64,000 bases of DNA from Eledone cirrhosa (lineage: Eukaryota). The stretch covers positions 100,440,001-100,504,000 of the forward strand of contig OZ024742.1 of assembly GCA_964016885.1 (NCBI GenBank), given 5' to 3'. The notes under the pieces are model-generated. The model saw only the letters and a list, made by a program, of their open reading frames with translations. It made no database searches and had not been told where the DNA came from. The number at the start of each line of letters is the position of its first letter. Within the stretch, counting starts at the first letter, position 1. The translations under genes and the position numbers were made by a program. Shown in pieces: positions 25,610 to 41,140 of the stretch.

Positions 25610-25924
25610 TCCCACACTCACACAAGCTACTTTGACAGATAGTTGTTTTGGGTTTGTGAACATAGTACATTGCTGAATTTCCTGAGATATCCGTTGAATG
25701 GTACACGTGTCTGTGGAATAGTCAGTCACTTATATGTTCATTTTACGAGTAGACCAATCTGTCGTTGAACAATACGCAATTTGACGGAGGTCCATTTATT
25801 TGTATTTTTACTATTGCCGTCATTCATTCATAGACAAGCTTGTACAGTGTAGTGAGCTGAACAACTGTATATAAATATATAAAGGTGTATATAAATATAT
25901 ATATATATATAGATAGATATAGAC

Positions 25925-25998
<74 letters not shown>

Positions 25999-26281
25999 TA
26001 GAGGGTGACGGATAGAGGGAGACAGGCATAGAGGTACATAGAAAGATATAAAGATAGATTCATTGATTGATTGACATACACATGCAGCTGCTGCCTCAAG
26101 ACAGCTTTAGCAACTGAAGACATCCAAAAGCAAAAACAAACAAAATCTATAGTTATTTACACGTAAACAAAACACACACACATATATGTATATGCATATA
26201 TAAATACACATGCATATATAAATACATACATCGTAATACACACACATCTTTACACATACATATATATATATATATATATAT

Positions 26282-26316
<35 letters not shown>

Positions 26317-26425
26317 CTCACACCTGATTACGTGAATTGTTACCGCCACCACTTTCACCACCCATCTTTCGTGTGGATTATTTAACCTGCCAGGTAAGTC
26401 CTTTATTATTATATATATATACAGT

Positions 26426-26472
<47 letters not shown>

Positions 26473-26501
26473 GGATATATTTATATATATACATATACAG
26501 T

Positions 26502-26556
<55 letters not shown>

Positions 26557-26900
26557 ACGTGGATATATTTATATATATATATATACACACGCACATATAT
26601 GTGTGTATATCTGCAGTCACATATGTGTATCTGTGAGTATTTATTTCATGTATGAAAATATGTTCTACGTGTGTGTGCGTGTAAATATGTGTGTGTGTGT
26701 GTGTGCGTGGATATGTGTGTTGCGTGTGTTTGTGTGGTTCAATGTTTATACGTTTGTATGTATCAGAGTGTATGTAAGTATAAAACAACATATACATACA
26801 GTTACATGTAAATGTATTATAGAAACGTGTGTGTATATATATAGCTAGATGTTTGACCACTGAGAATATATATACAATCCCATAATCTGTGTGTGAAAAC

Positions 26901-27006
<106 letters not shown>

Positions 27007-27261
27007 TCATATATATATGTATATGTATATATGTATGTATGTATGTATAAATAGCTAAAAATGAAGTGTCAGTATATGCATAATAACAGTGTATAGGCTA
27101 TTTATACATGTATATACAGATGTGTTCCCGTATGTGTATGTATGAGTGAATCTATGTATCTGTACGTACATGTGGAATTGCATCTATTTAGACTTTCAAT
27201 ACAGATGTTACAGATATAGACATAGGGGAAATGACATTGTGTTATTTGGTGCAGTTGGTAA

Positions 27262-27318
<57 letters not shown>

Positions 27319-27430
27319 ATGTATGTATAGTCTGTTTTGACTATCTTACATCCTTACAATTCTGCAACCAAACGTGCTTCAAGTACTCCCCTCGTTTACG
27401 GCCATGCCGGACTTCGAGCCGTGAACACTT

Positions 27431-27484
<54 letters not shown>

Positions 27485-27611
27485 ATACATACAAAAGATA
27501 TTACATCTGCAACGAATGGTTTCATGATCCATAGCTCTCATTATATATAGAAATAGCTCTTTCTTGTTGACATTTTGGCAACACACACACATAAATGTGT
27601 GTATATATATA

Positions 27612-27658
<47 letters not shown>

Positions 27659-27813
27659 AGATAAATCTACCAAAATATACGGTAGTGTCCAATCCGTGTA
27701 TATATATATATACACACACGGCCTCTAGACTCACCTGATCAATGAAACAATGGTTAATACTGTAAATAAAACCCTTTTTGTACAGCCGACCAAGTTATTC
27801 TTCACTCTTTCAC

Positions 27814-27878
<65 letters not shown>

Positions 27879-27966
27879 CCTGTAAACATACCTTGTTTCT
27901 TTAGAAATACGAAATCTCTATACATATCTGTATACAGCTATGCTTGAAGCTAAATCCTATTTCTAT

Positions 27967-28005
<39 letters not shown>

Positions 28006-28009
28006 ACTG

Positions 28010-28054
<45 letters not shown>

Positions 28055-28059
28055 TGTAA

Positions 28060-28230
28060 ATGAGGTTGGTGTTAGGAAGGGCATCCTGCTGTAGAAATCG
28101 AGCCATAATCAGTTCCCGTATGAGCAAGACAAGGTCAGCCGACTGGACGCTGCCCACAACAGGACAACCCATCTAACCCATGCTAGCGTGGAAGAACGGA
28201 CCTAAAACGGTGATGATGATGATGATGATG
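28060..28230 (+). mobile_element. SINE/LINE 3' end with (GAT)n tail
   Basis: taggaagggcatcc..ccatgctagcgtggaagaacggac..gatgatgat. A short related end lies at 31600-31655. Confidence 0.55.
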
Positions 28231-28271
<41 letters not shown>

Positions 28272-28275
<4 letters not shown>

Positions 28276-28352
28276 GTGTTCCAAAAACATTTATACACGC
28301 TTCAACATTATTCTAATAAATATGTGCATACATTTTTGGGGGGACACCCTGT
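28272..28352. mobile_element. Tc1/mariner-type mini-MITE
   Basis: TIRs cagggtgttccaaaaa / tttttggggggacaccctg|ta. A related decayed copy lies at ~58380-58492. Confidence 0.65.
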
Positions 28353-28568
28353 ATATACACACATACACATACACATACACACAGACACACATACACACAT
28401 ACACATACACACAGACACACATACACACAGACACACATACACATACACACAGACACACAGACACACAGACACACACATACACACACACATAAAACACATA
28501 CATACATACATACATACATACATACAGACACACACATACACACATACATACATACATACATACATACA

Positions 28569-28600
<32 letters not shown>

Positions 28601-28685
28601 CACACACACACACATATACACACATTCACAGACACACGCACACACACACACACACACACACATGCACTGACCAAAACACTCAAAG

Positions 28686-29071
28686 ATGAGAATGATAATG
28701 ACAAAGGTGAAGATAATGACGACGATGATGATGTTAATGGTATCATTGTTGATGGTAATGATGATGATGATGATGGTGGTGATGATGATGATGATGATGG
28801 TGGTGATGATGATGATGATGAAAATGATGTCGTCGTCATCCTTATCATGGTGGCGTTGGCGACAGTTATGATGATGGTGTCATTGTTGATGATGATGATG
28901 ATGATGATGATGTTGATGGTGTCATTGTTGATGGTAATGATGATGATGATGATGGTGGTGATGATGATGATGATGATGGTGGTGATGATGATGATGAAAA
29001 TGATGTCGTCGTCATCCTTATCATGGTGGCGTTGACGACGGTAGTGATGATGGTGTTGATAGTGTTATTGT

Positions 29072-29106
<35 letters not shown>

Positions 29107-29124
29107 ATGATGAGGATGATGATG

Positions 29125-29177
<53 letters not shown>

Positions 29178-29370
29178 GGTGGTGGTGGTGGTGGTGGTGG
29201 TCGGTATTGTTGTTGTTGTTGTTGGTGGTGGTGGGGGTGGTAGTGGTGGTGGTGGTGGTGGTGGTTGTGGTGGTGGTGGTGGTGGTGGTGGTGGTGGTGG
29301 TAGTGGTGGTGGTGGTGGTGGTGGTGGTGGTGGTGGTGGTGGTGGTGGTGGTGGTGGTGGTGGTGGTGGT
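28686..29370. repeat. (GAT)n/(GGT)n trinucleotide tract with an internal ~130-bp duplication
   Basis: aaaatgatgtcgtcgtcatccttatcatggtggcgttg occurs at ~28821 and ~28997. Confidence 0.9.
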
Positions 29371-29472
29371 GACAGGCAACAAAAACACGGAAGTATTATA
29401 TGAATGGCAAGATTTGTAAGAATTATTCAATTAACACTTCCTGGTGTGGCCATTTTTAATTAATTTCTAATT

Positions 29473-30250
29473 AGTGCAGTGTATATATGCATGTATATGT
29501 GCAGAGTATATATACATGTATATGTGCAGAGTATATATACATGTATATGTGCAGTGTATATATACATGTATATGTGCAGTGTATATATGCATGTATATGT
29601 GCAGAGTATATATACATGTATATGTGCAGTGTATATATACATGTATATGTGCAGAGTATATATACATGTATATGTGCAGTGTATATATACATGTATATGT
29701 GCAGTGTATATATGCATGTATATGTGCAGAGTATATATACATGTATATGTGCAGTGTATATATACATGTATATGTGCAGTGTATATATACATGTATATGT
29801 GCAGTGTATATATACATGTATATGTGCAGTGTATATATACATGTATATGTGCAGTGTATATATACATGTATATGTGCAGTGTATATATACATGTATATGT
29901 GCAGTGTATATATACATGTATATGTGCAGTGTATATATACATGTATATGTGCAGTGTATATATACATGTATATGTGCAGTGTATATATACATGTATATGT
30001 GCAGTGTATATATACATGTATATGTGCAGTGTATATATACATGTATATGTGCAGTGTATATATACATGTATATGTGCAGTGTATATATACATGTATATGT
30101 GCAGTGTATATATACATGTATATGTGCAGTGTATATATACATGTATATGTGCAGTGTATATATACATGTATATGTGCAGTGTATATATACATGTATATGT
30201 GCAGTGTATATATACATGTATATGTGCAGTGTATATATACATGTATATGT
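29473..30250. repeat. 25-bp minisatellite (gtgcagtgtatatatacatgtatat) x ~31
   Basis: Highly homogeneous. Variant units cluster at the left end. Confidence 0.97.
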
Positions 30251-30759
30251 AGATAGGATGATGTGTATAAGAGTGTGTTACAGTGGCATAAGAGAGGAGA
30301 CGGTAGTGGATTAAAATACCTTACAGTATTTACGACCGACATTCTTCATATTTCAGTTCGAATCCCGCAGAAGAAGGATGACTGTCTTTTATATTACGAG
30401 ATCGATAAAATTTGGAAAATAGGGCGTATTGTGATTGATTATATTGATTATATCGCTTCTATACAAATCTCTAATTTTGTATCAATATGAGAAATCACAC
30501 ACACACACATACACACATACACACATACACACATACACACATATACATACAAATAGAGATGTGTGTATGTGTGTTAAAAAATGTAGAAACGTGTAGATAT
30601 GTAAATATATATGTATATATATATATACATACGCACACACATACATACATATATGTATACACACACACACACACACACAGATATATATATATAGAGAGAG
30701 AGATAGATAAAGTTTAACGAAGCTTCCTTTTGAGCTCCGGCCAGACATTTGTACATGAT

Positions 30760-30799
<40 letters not shown>

Positions 30800-31281
30800 T
30801 ATATATATATATATATGTGTGTGTATATATATATAGCTGTCGAAACGGCCGGAGCTCAACCGCCGGGGTCCTGATTCTTTTCCTATCACCTACTAAGTAT
30901 CGAGTACTCTGTCGAGTTATGGTCCACCTGGTTCCTTACCACATCTTCTTTATTATATATATATATATGTGTGTGTGTGTTTGTATATATATATATATAT
31001 ATGTGTAGGTGTGTGTATCAGAGAGAGATAGACACATAGAAATATGTGTGTGTGTGTGTGTGTGTTTGTATATATATATATATGTGTGTGTGTGTGTCTG
31101 TGTGTGTGTGTGTGTGCGGCTATATTTACTCAATTGACCTCGACATTGAGATTTCAAAATATACACAAACGCAGCTATTGATAATAACATCACATAATTC
31201 TTTTGTAAATGTATTAAATATGTATTAATACATGTCTGTATGTAATTAACCGAACAATTGATTTCAGTCAGTATCCCATCT

Positions 31282-31346
<65 letters not shown>

Positions 31347-31564
31347 AATTATTGACGTATTGTTTTATTGATATTTTTTATCTGTTTGGCCCGAATCTTC
31401 CTTTATCGATTTTAAATCGTATGGTTGATTGTAGACTTGTTCTATATGTGACGGTATTTTAACGATAGTTATAGCTCTGATTCATCTGAATTATTGAGCC
31501 CTCTGCCGCTCATATCGAATTTCGTTTATCGTGAACTCGTGCGCCGATTTTTCGATACTCGATC

Positions 31565-31597
<33 letters not shown>

Positions 31598-31817
31598 CCG
31601 TCTAAGCCATGCTAGCGTGGAAGATAGACGTTAAACCAAGATGATGATGATGATGATTATATATATATATATATATATATAACGAAGGAAATGTGGTAAG
31701 GAACCAGGTGGACCATAACGCACCAAAGTACTCAATACTTAGGGTAGTAGAGTGGGTAATAGGAACGAGTAGGACCCCGACGGCTGAGCTCAAGCCGTTT
31801 CGACGGCTGATTCTTGA

Positions 31818-31871
<54 letters not shown>

Positions 31872-31959
31872 TAAAAAATTGAACGGGAACAAAACAGAGA
31901 GGCAGTACGAACAAAGGTTTATTAGTTTCACGCTCTTGGGAGTGGGGTGATGGTGGGGA

Positions 31960-31992
31960 ACGACGTTTCGGGCATAAGCCCTTCTTCAGGCG
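31960..31992 (-). ncRNA. Minimal PLE-type hammerhead within a short pLTR-like fragment (31868-32032)
   Basis: The minus strand reads cgc-CTGAAGA-a gggc ttat gccc-GAAA-cg-TC-g. The same element end without the HHR lies at 10211-10290. Confidence 0.8.
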
Positions 31993-32052
31993 AAAAGTGT
32001 GTGGGAAGAGAGTTCCAAGGGTGTGTAGGGGATATATATGTATATATATACA

Positions 32053-32135
<83 letters not shown>

Positions 32136-32149
32136 ATATATATACATAC

Positions 32150-32276
<127 letters not shown>

Positions 32277-32550
32277 AGGGATAACAAAATATCGTTATAG
32301 GTAATCCAGTTAGAGGTTGTGAATACTCCGTATTACTGTAAATAAAACCCTTTTTTTGTACTGTTGACCATGTTTTTCTTCACTCTTTCAATATATATAT
32401 ATTGAAAGAGTGAAGAATAACATATATATATATATATATATATAGTAATAATAATAAATTTGATGACTAAAATCCAAAGAGGGTTCGATAAGGATAAATA
32501 TATATCAAATATATAAGAACCCTAGAGCAAATATTCAATAAAATAAGATT

Positions 32551-32601
<51 letters not shown>

Positions 32602-32691
32602 GTATATATAAGTAGAAATTGATGTATATATATCCCACACTAAAAACACACTCCACGTTTCCACGTGTAGTATGCCAAATATCGAAACGGC

Positions 32692-32723
<32 letters not shown>

Positions 32724-33061
32724 GATGCATTCCGTTCAGGCTAGAATCCTTAGTGTTTAGTCTGCTAGAAATAGCACCTAAACCTCCTTCAAATTACACC
32801 CCACCGTGTTAAATGAGGAAGGGCAACGCCGATAATGTCCGAATAATTGATGGAATGGTCAAACCGAAATCCCTGTATGATAGTTTTACTCAGAGCTGAC
32901 TTTTGGCTAAACAACTTCGTAAGGCACACACACATATGCACGCAATATAATATAGTTAGCACTCCAAACGTTTAATTGGGAATATATTCCGGTATTTCCT
33001 AATGTTTGTTGAGTGAGTTCGAAATTGGTCGGAGTATCGCTATTAGCTTTCTCCGTTTATG

Positions 33062-33124
<63 letters not shown>

Positions 33125-33166
33125 GCATATGTATATATGTATATATACACATACATATATATATAC

Positions 33167-33242
<76 letters not shown>

Positions 33243-33409
33243 GAAGTAATTCCATCGGAAAGGTCCAGGAAAAAAGAGTGCTATATTTAGGTTACAGAGC
33301 TTAATAGTTATGTAATAAACAACATAAGGTAATTATTTCATAATTACCTTATGTTGTTTATTACATAACTATATATATATATATATATACATACATATAT
33401 ATATATACC

Positions 33410-33532
<123 letters not shown>

Positions 33533-34532
33533 CTATACAAACATGTATACATACACACATACATACACACATGCACACACACATACATACACATGCACAC
33601 ACATGCATACATACATCTATACATTCATATATACATACACACATACATACACATGCACACACATACACATTCACACACACATATATACACACACATATAT
33701 GCACACATACATATATACACACATATATACATACATACATAGTAAAATAAATGGATCCTCGGTTAGTTTCTATTTGAATTAACACATATACCTATTTAGT
33801 GTATCATAGAATTTGTGGTTGAGTATTCCGCACATATTTATCCTCTTAACGTAATCCTCAAGCAGAACCAATGAGACACTGTGTCTGACAAAACTGAACC
33901 TTTCAATTCCAGGTACAATCCATCCTGTATCATAGTGTATATGGCTGAGTATTCCACAAACAAATGTACCTTTAACAGAATCCATGCCCCAATGTATCAC
34001 AGGTACAGTCCATCAGTAGGGCTTCTGCGCATTTTCTGTACACCAAATTTAACAATATTGGGGCGACCAGATGATGTGATAAAAGACACTCCCACCACGA
34101 CCACCACCAGCCTCTTGCTGCCATGTAGTGGGATCGAGCCGAGTACTCAGGACTGCAAAACGACCGTCTTAACCATTCGGCTATACTTATGGACACACAC
34201 ATACACACGCACAAACACAGGCACACACACACACACACAGAGACACACACACACACACAGACACACAGACACACACACACATACACAGACACACAGACAC
34301 GCACACACACACACAGACACACAGACACACACACACACAGACACACACACACAGACACACAGACACACACACACACAGACACACAGACACGCACACAGAC
34401 ACACACGCACGATTCCTGTCTATGCATGCATATTTCACCGTCTAAGTTTCTCTATGCTTACCTAATAGTATTTCTATTCACCCTCATCGTGTATGTTTGT
34501 GTGTATATATATATATATATATAATATATATG

Positions 34533-34566
<34 letters not shown>

Positions 34567-34588
34567 AAGGGAGAGAGGGGTGTACGTA

Positions 34589-34637
<49 letters not shown>

Positions 34638-35569
34638 ACTGTTTCACTTGTTCTAAGTCAGTTGTCTGTAGTTAAAATCGTATTTATCGATAAACGAAAG
34701 TGTAGATGTTTGTGTTGGTCTTCCTCTCCAGGTCAGCCGTGTGATCATTTAGATGTGAACAAAGACGTTCCAAACATGAACATCTCATCCTTTTTTATAT
34801 AGAAGTAACCACAATGTCTAGTGCGACTTCTTTTTCTTTAAGATGGTGAGGTGTAGTTGAGGGAATTTGACTACTATTATGTGCTTTGCTGTGTGATCGA
34901 GTTGCATCTACTAAGATAAGACATTTCTTTAACACACACAGACACACACAGACACAGACAGACAGACACACACAGACAGACACACACACACACACACACA
35001 TGCACACATTACACACGCGCGCACACACACATGCACACACATACACATATACTCACGCACACACACACACACGCACACACACACACGCACGCACACATAC
35101 ACACATATGCACACACATGCACACACACACACGCATGCACACACATACAATTCCACTACCACATGCACACATAAACTGTTGTACATATAAAAGCACATAT
35201 ACATACACTTATATATATTACCCAAACGTACACACCTATATGATCACACACACACACACACACACACACATGCACACAAACTCACACTTTACCAAACGTA
35301 CACACTTATATGCACACACACATACATGCACACATAATACACGTACACATCTGCAAACAGATGAAGTGGCACGCACATCTACACATGCACATCTACACAT
35401 GCACACACATCTACACACTCACACACATCTACACACTCGCACACTCACACACATCTACACACTCGCACACATCTATACACTCACACACACTCGCACATCT
35501 GCATACACGCACCTCATAGACAGACACCCACACACACATACATATACATACGCCACAACACACACACAC

Positions 35570-35915
35570 AGACACACCATACACACACAACACACAACAC
35601 ACACACACAGACACACCATACACACACAACACAACACACACACACAGACACACACAACACACAACACAACACACAGACACACCATACACACACAACACAA
35701 CACACAGACACACCATACACACACAACACACAACACACACACACAGACACACCATACACACACAACACAACACACACACACAGACACACACAACACACAA
35801 CACAACACACAGACACACCATACACACACAACACAACACACAGACACACCATACACACACAACACACAACACACACACACAGACACACCATACACACACA
35901 ACACACAACACACAC
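35570..35915. repeat. CA-rich minisatellite (acacagacacaccatacacacacaacac variants)
   Basis: Visible directly in the sequence. Confidence 0.85.
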
Positions 35916-36005
35916 ATGCGGAGCTAAAGCTGAAAGAACGGCTAGCTCCAATGTCGACTACACTGTAGTAAATTGTAATGTTATTGTCTTCAGCAGTGTG
36001 AAGAT

Positions 36006-36815
36006 TGTGGTGGTGTGGTGGTGGTGGTGGTGGTGGTGGTGGTGGTGGTGGTGGTGGTGTGGTGGTGGTGGTGGTGGTGGTGGTGGTGTGGTGGTGGTGG
36101 TGGTGGTGGTGGTGGTGGTGGTGGTGGTGGTGTGGTGGTGGTGGTGGTGGTGATGGTGATGGTGGTGGTGGTGTGGTGGTGGTGGTGGTGGTGGTGTGGT
36201 GGTGGTGTGGGGGGTGATGGTGGTGGTGGTGGTGGTGGTGGTGGTGGTGGTGGTGGTGGTGGTGGTGGTGGTGGTGGTGTGGGGGGGATGATGGTGGCAG
36301 TGGTGGTGATAGTGGTGGTGGTGGCGGCGGCGGCGGCGGTGGTGGTGGTGATGGTGGTGATGGTGGTGGTCGTGGTGGTGGTGGTGGTGGTGGTGGTGGT
36401 GGTGGCGGTGATGGTGGTGGTGGTGGTGGTGGTGGTGGCGGTGATGATGGTGGTGGTGGTGGTGGTAGCGGTGATGGTGGTGGTGGTGGTGGTGGCGGTG
36501 ATGGTGGTGGGAATGGTGGCGGTGATGGTGGCGGTGGTGGTAGTGATGGTGGCGGTGATGGTTGTGATGGTGGCGGTGATGGTGGTGGGAATGGTGGCGT
36601 TGATGGTGGCGGTGATGGTGGTGGGGATATTGGTGGTGGTGGTGGTGATGGTGGTGGCGATGATGGTGGTGGGGACATTGGTAGTGGTGGTGATGGTGGC
36701 GGTGATGGTGGTGATGGTAGTGGTGATGGTGGTGATTGTGGTGATGGTAGTGGTGATGGTGGCGTTGATGGTGGCGGTGATGGTGGTGATGGTGGTGATT
36801 GTGGTGATGGTAGTG
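36006..36815. repeat. (GGT)n-based degenerate trinucleotide tract
   Basis: Visible directly. It is the source of the poly-P/T/V/H ORFs. Confidence 0.95.
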
Positions 36816-36917
36816 AGAGTATTACTGGAGACGATGGTGGAGGAAAGATGGACAGATAATGAACAATTGTTTGTGAGAGAGAGAGAGAGAGAGAGAAACA
36901 ATGAAAGAGAGAAAGAG

Positions 36918-36977
<60 letters not shown>

Positions 36978-37081
36978 AGATAGAGTATGGGTAGATGACT
37001 AGATGGATGGATGGATGGATGGATGGATGGATAAATATATGGACGAATGAATAGTTATAGTCAGACTCATATATATAGAAG

Positions 37082-37327
37082 GATAGACACAAATACATAG
37101 ATAGATATAGAGAGAGACATATTGTTACGGCTATGGCTATAGGGAGATAGACACAAATACATAGATAGATATAGAGAGAGACATATTGTTACGGCTATGG
37201 CTATAGGGAGATAGACACAAATACATAGATAGATATAGAGAGAGACATATTGTTACGGCTATGGCTATAGGGAGATAGACACAAATACATAGATAGATAT
37301 AGAGAGAGACATATTGTTACGGCTATA
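37082..37327. repeat. 64-bp tandem repeat x ~4
   Basis: gatagacacaaatacatag starts at 37082, 37146, 37210 and 37274. Confidence 0.95.
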
Positions 37328-37449
37328 GATAGACATATACAGATACATAGATAGATAGATAGATATATAGATAGTCAAATAGATAGATATACTGATAGAT
37401 ATATAGATAGATAGGGATATAGAGAGACAGGTACATAGATACGTAGATA

Positions 37450-37870
37450 TATTTCTTTATTTGCCACAAGGGCGCACAAGAAAAGGGACAATACAAAGAC
37501 ACATGCCGGCGATTTTACATACAGTCGTGTAAAAATATTGAAACAAACAATTATAACAATCGAAATCCCCAAGAAATATAGATAGACATATTGATAGATA
37601 GGGATATATAGATAGACATATTGATAGATATTGATATATATATATAGATATATTGATAGATAGGGATATAGAGAGAGAGAGATATATATAGACATATTGA
37701 TAGATAGGGATATAGAGAGACATGGCAGATACATAGATAGACATATTGATAGAGAGACAGACAAATACATAGATACATTTCTTTATTAGCCACAAGGGCA
37801 CAAAAGAAGGGACAAATACAAGTAGGGAGTTTACATACAGGTATATGAAAATAAAACTATTAATACAATA
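37450..37870 (-). mobile_element. Two short retroelement 3' ends embedded in (GATA)n-like sequence
   Basis: The minus strand ends ..tgtgcccttgtggc(t/a)aataaagaaat. The same end occurs on + at 39420-39450, 46335-46372 and ~46600-46630. Confidence 0.6.
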
Positions 37871-38559
37871 TACATAGATAAACATATAGATAGACATATA
37901 GATAGATATATTGATAGATATATTGATAGATAGGGTGGGAAAGAAAGATATGTAAACATGTGTATAGAAGAGAAGAGTATATAATTAATACTATCCGTTC
38001 AGGTATGTATGAAAGAAGGTAGAAGTGATTGTATATTAATATTTTTGTGTGTATATAGTGTGTTTCTGTGCACAGGAATATAACTAGGTGTGCGGCGTGG
38101 TTTGTATAAGAAATAGCTGTGTGTGTGACTAGGTATGAATAGCAAAATAGATGGAACTGCGTATGTATAGAAATATAAGTGTGCGTATGGATAGGTGTGT
38201 ATGACGAGGTATGTATAAGATTATACGTGTGTGTGTGTGTGTGTTTGGACATGTATAGGATAATAGGTGTGTGTGATTGGATATGTATCGGCAAATATGT
38301 CTGTGACTAGGCATTTATAGGAAAATACGTGTATGACTTGATATATATTTGCATGCACGCGCGTGTGTATGTCGAACAGAAAGCGAGAGAGAGATGCTGG
38401 TAGAGTGTATATATATAATATATCCTATGTTTATTTGTGTGACTCTATTTCAATCTCCTGTACAACCTGGTTCTGTTTCAATATCAGTTTATTTATTAAG
38501 AGAGGCATGAATATCACTGAATTACGTTTTGTTTTTCACTATGTACGTGTAGTCCTGTG

Positions 38560-39920
38560 TACAGTGTACAGAACCGTTAAGATGTTGGGTTGACAGACGT
38601 TAGATTAGAACATCAACCAAAATGCTTTGCCGCAATTGATCCAGTTCTTTATGGCCTGAGTTCAAATCCCACCAAGATCAACGTCACCCTTCATTTTTTC
38701 GGGGTTTATAAAATAAAGTACCAGTCATCTACTGAGTCAATATAATCGATTTTTCCCTCCCAATAAATTGCTTGTCTTAATGCCTAAATTGAGTATAGTT
38801 AGTTATTATTGCTGTAAGAAATCGGCGGAGCAGTGGGTGACCAAACCCAATTAAATGCCTTTTAATAATTATGTCTCTTTTACATATTCCAGCCGACGGG
38901 CTGGAACCATACTGGGACACTCCATACCTTTTGATGTATTGAGTTCAAATCCTGCTGAGATCTTCTGTCTATCATCCCACCAAGGGCGTTTACTTTAGTA
39001 ATTGTCAAATACTGCAATCGATTTCATCGATCCTACGTCCCACAAACAAGTCTGTAATTTTTTTTATTTTTAGAAATCAATTATAAATATCAGAGCGCTG
39101 TATGACTGCAACGGTAAATTTATTATGAAATATTCTTGTGTTCATTTATGTTCTCGGATAAAATTGAGGCAGTTTTGTTTCGTCTTTTTTATACTCTTTA
39201 GGTTGATGAAATAAGTACCAACAAAGTACTGATGTCATTTAAAATTTCTGACCTTTCATCTGTGTTAAAAACAAGGGTCGTTGATTTGCGGAAAAGTATC
39301 TCTGCTCTCCATTGAGGACGTTTGCTAGTTTATTTTTTTATCTGTTATTACATCCCTGTTATTAGTTTTCATGTAAAACCCTCGTTTTGTATCTCGTCCT
39401 TTGTACTATCCCTAAAGTATTTGGGCCCTTGTGCCCAATAAAGAAGTTATTAGTACAGCGTAGTTTAGTAGAATTGCTAGAGCGTCGAACAAAATACATA
39501 TCTTTTTCTCCGGCTCTTTACGTTCAAATCCCGCAGAGATTAGCTTAGCATTTCATCCTTATGGGGTCGATAAAATAAAATACCAGTAACGTACTGGGTT
39601 CGATTTAACCGACTTTCCCCACACTTCAAAATTAATGGGTTTGTGTCTAAATCAGAAACCATTATTATCGTTATAAAAATGATTCCTAGTATTAATGAAA
39701 TAATTTTGATTATTAGTAAAGTGGTATAACGAGTCAATCGTTAGGATATCGGACAAAATCTTTGGCGGTATTTAGTTTCGACTTTCTACATTTTGAGTTC
39801 AAATCCCACCGGGACTAACTTTGCCTTTCAGTCTTCTGGGATAGATAAAATAAGGTACCAGTCAAGTTCTAAGATCTATTTAATCGACTTTTCCTTCTAG
39901 ATATTGTGTCTGTTAGAAAT
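38560..39920 (+). mobile_element. Cluster of older, diverged family A-related SINE copies
   Basis: Repeated gagttcaaatcc..tttcatc..ggggtcgataaaataaagtaccagt motifs at ~38660, 38940, 39525 and 39795. Confidence 0.7.
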
Positions 39921-40177
39921 GATTATTATGGCGAGTGGTGGTGACAATGGAAACAGAACAGATTACTATTGATATCTTGCCAATGTTATAGCCTTTCCTC
40001 TGGCAAAGTTCAATTAAATATATATAACAGTAATAAACCGGGGTTGATTCCGTTCACTATAAACTTGCTTTGGTCTGATGCTTCATCAAAAGGAATCGAT
40101 ATTTCCTTGTAAGTGTATGTTTGAGTATGTTTGCATGTGACTTATGTCAATAAAATTCAGAAAACAATCTATTTATA

Positions 40178-40305
<128 letters not shown>

Positions 40306-40352
40306 TACATATATATATATATATCTGTAAAAAGTAAATACAAATATATAAG

Positions 40353-40387
<35 letters not shown>

Positions 40388-40638
40388 AATATGTCCATAT
40401 GATAGAGAGAGAAATACGTGTGTGTGTGTGTGTGTGTTAGTGTGTGCATGATTAAAGAGAGGTGTGTGTATCTACCTGAAATATTACGGAGATTTATTTC
40501 CAAATGTAATGTTTATAAATTTCTGTTACTGTTTATTATGCCGGTGGCTATAAATGTGTAGAAACGTGTGAGTTAAGTATGTAATTTAAATTGGTGTATA
40601 AGGCATCTGTCTGTCTCCTTGTGTGTGATCGGAGTAGA

Positions 40639-40692
<54 letters not shown>

Positions 40693-40736
40693 CGTTTCTG
40701 AATTTGTTTAGCAAGATTCTTTATCTGAAATCGTAT

Positions 40737-40821
<85 letters not shown>

Positions 40822-40909
40822 TGTAAAAAGTAAATACAAATCTACAAAGCAACCTACACAGTACAATGAAGAAATAGATTTGTTTTACGCTTGATATGGT
40901 ACAAAAAGC

Positions 40910-40951
40910 GTCTTAACCTTTCGGACACTAGTCCTTCATCAGAAAATAGAC
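40910..40951 (-). ncRNA. Minimal hammerhead-like motif in a pLTR-like fragment (~40819-41050)
   Basis: The minus strand reads gtctatttt-CTGATGA-a ggac tagt gtcc-GAAA-gg-TT-aagac. Stem III is probably mutated from ACGT. Confidence 0.65.
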
Positions 40952-41082
40952 TGAGAATAGAAGAAATAGAAAGACACAGAAGAGTGAGCAGTGGCAGAAA
41001 CGAAAACAGATATCTTTGAGAAAAAACAGGTCTATCGAGATCGCCTTATATATATATATATATATATAATGAGAGAGAGAGA

Positions 41083-41140
<58 letters not shown>

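Noticed and set aside
29460-30342. Long six-frame ORFs or a CRISPR-like array
   Set aside because: It is a head-to-tail 25-bp minisatellite with no unique spacers, in eukaryotic DNA with no cas genes.
35473-36983. Extensin/mucin-like poly-Pro/Thr/Val ORFs
   Set aside because: This is a (GGT)n-derived tract open in several frames on both strands, with no unique coding flank or splice evidence.
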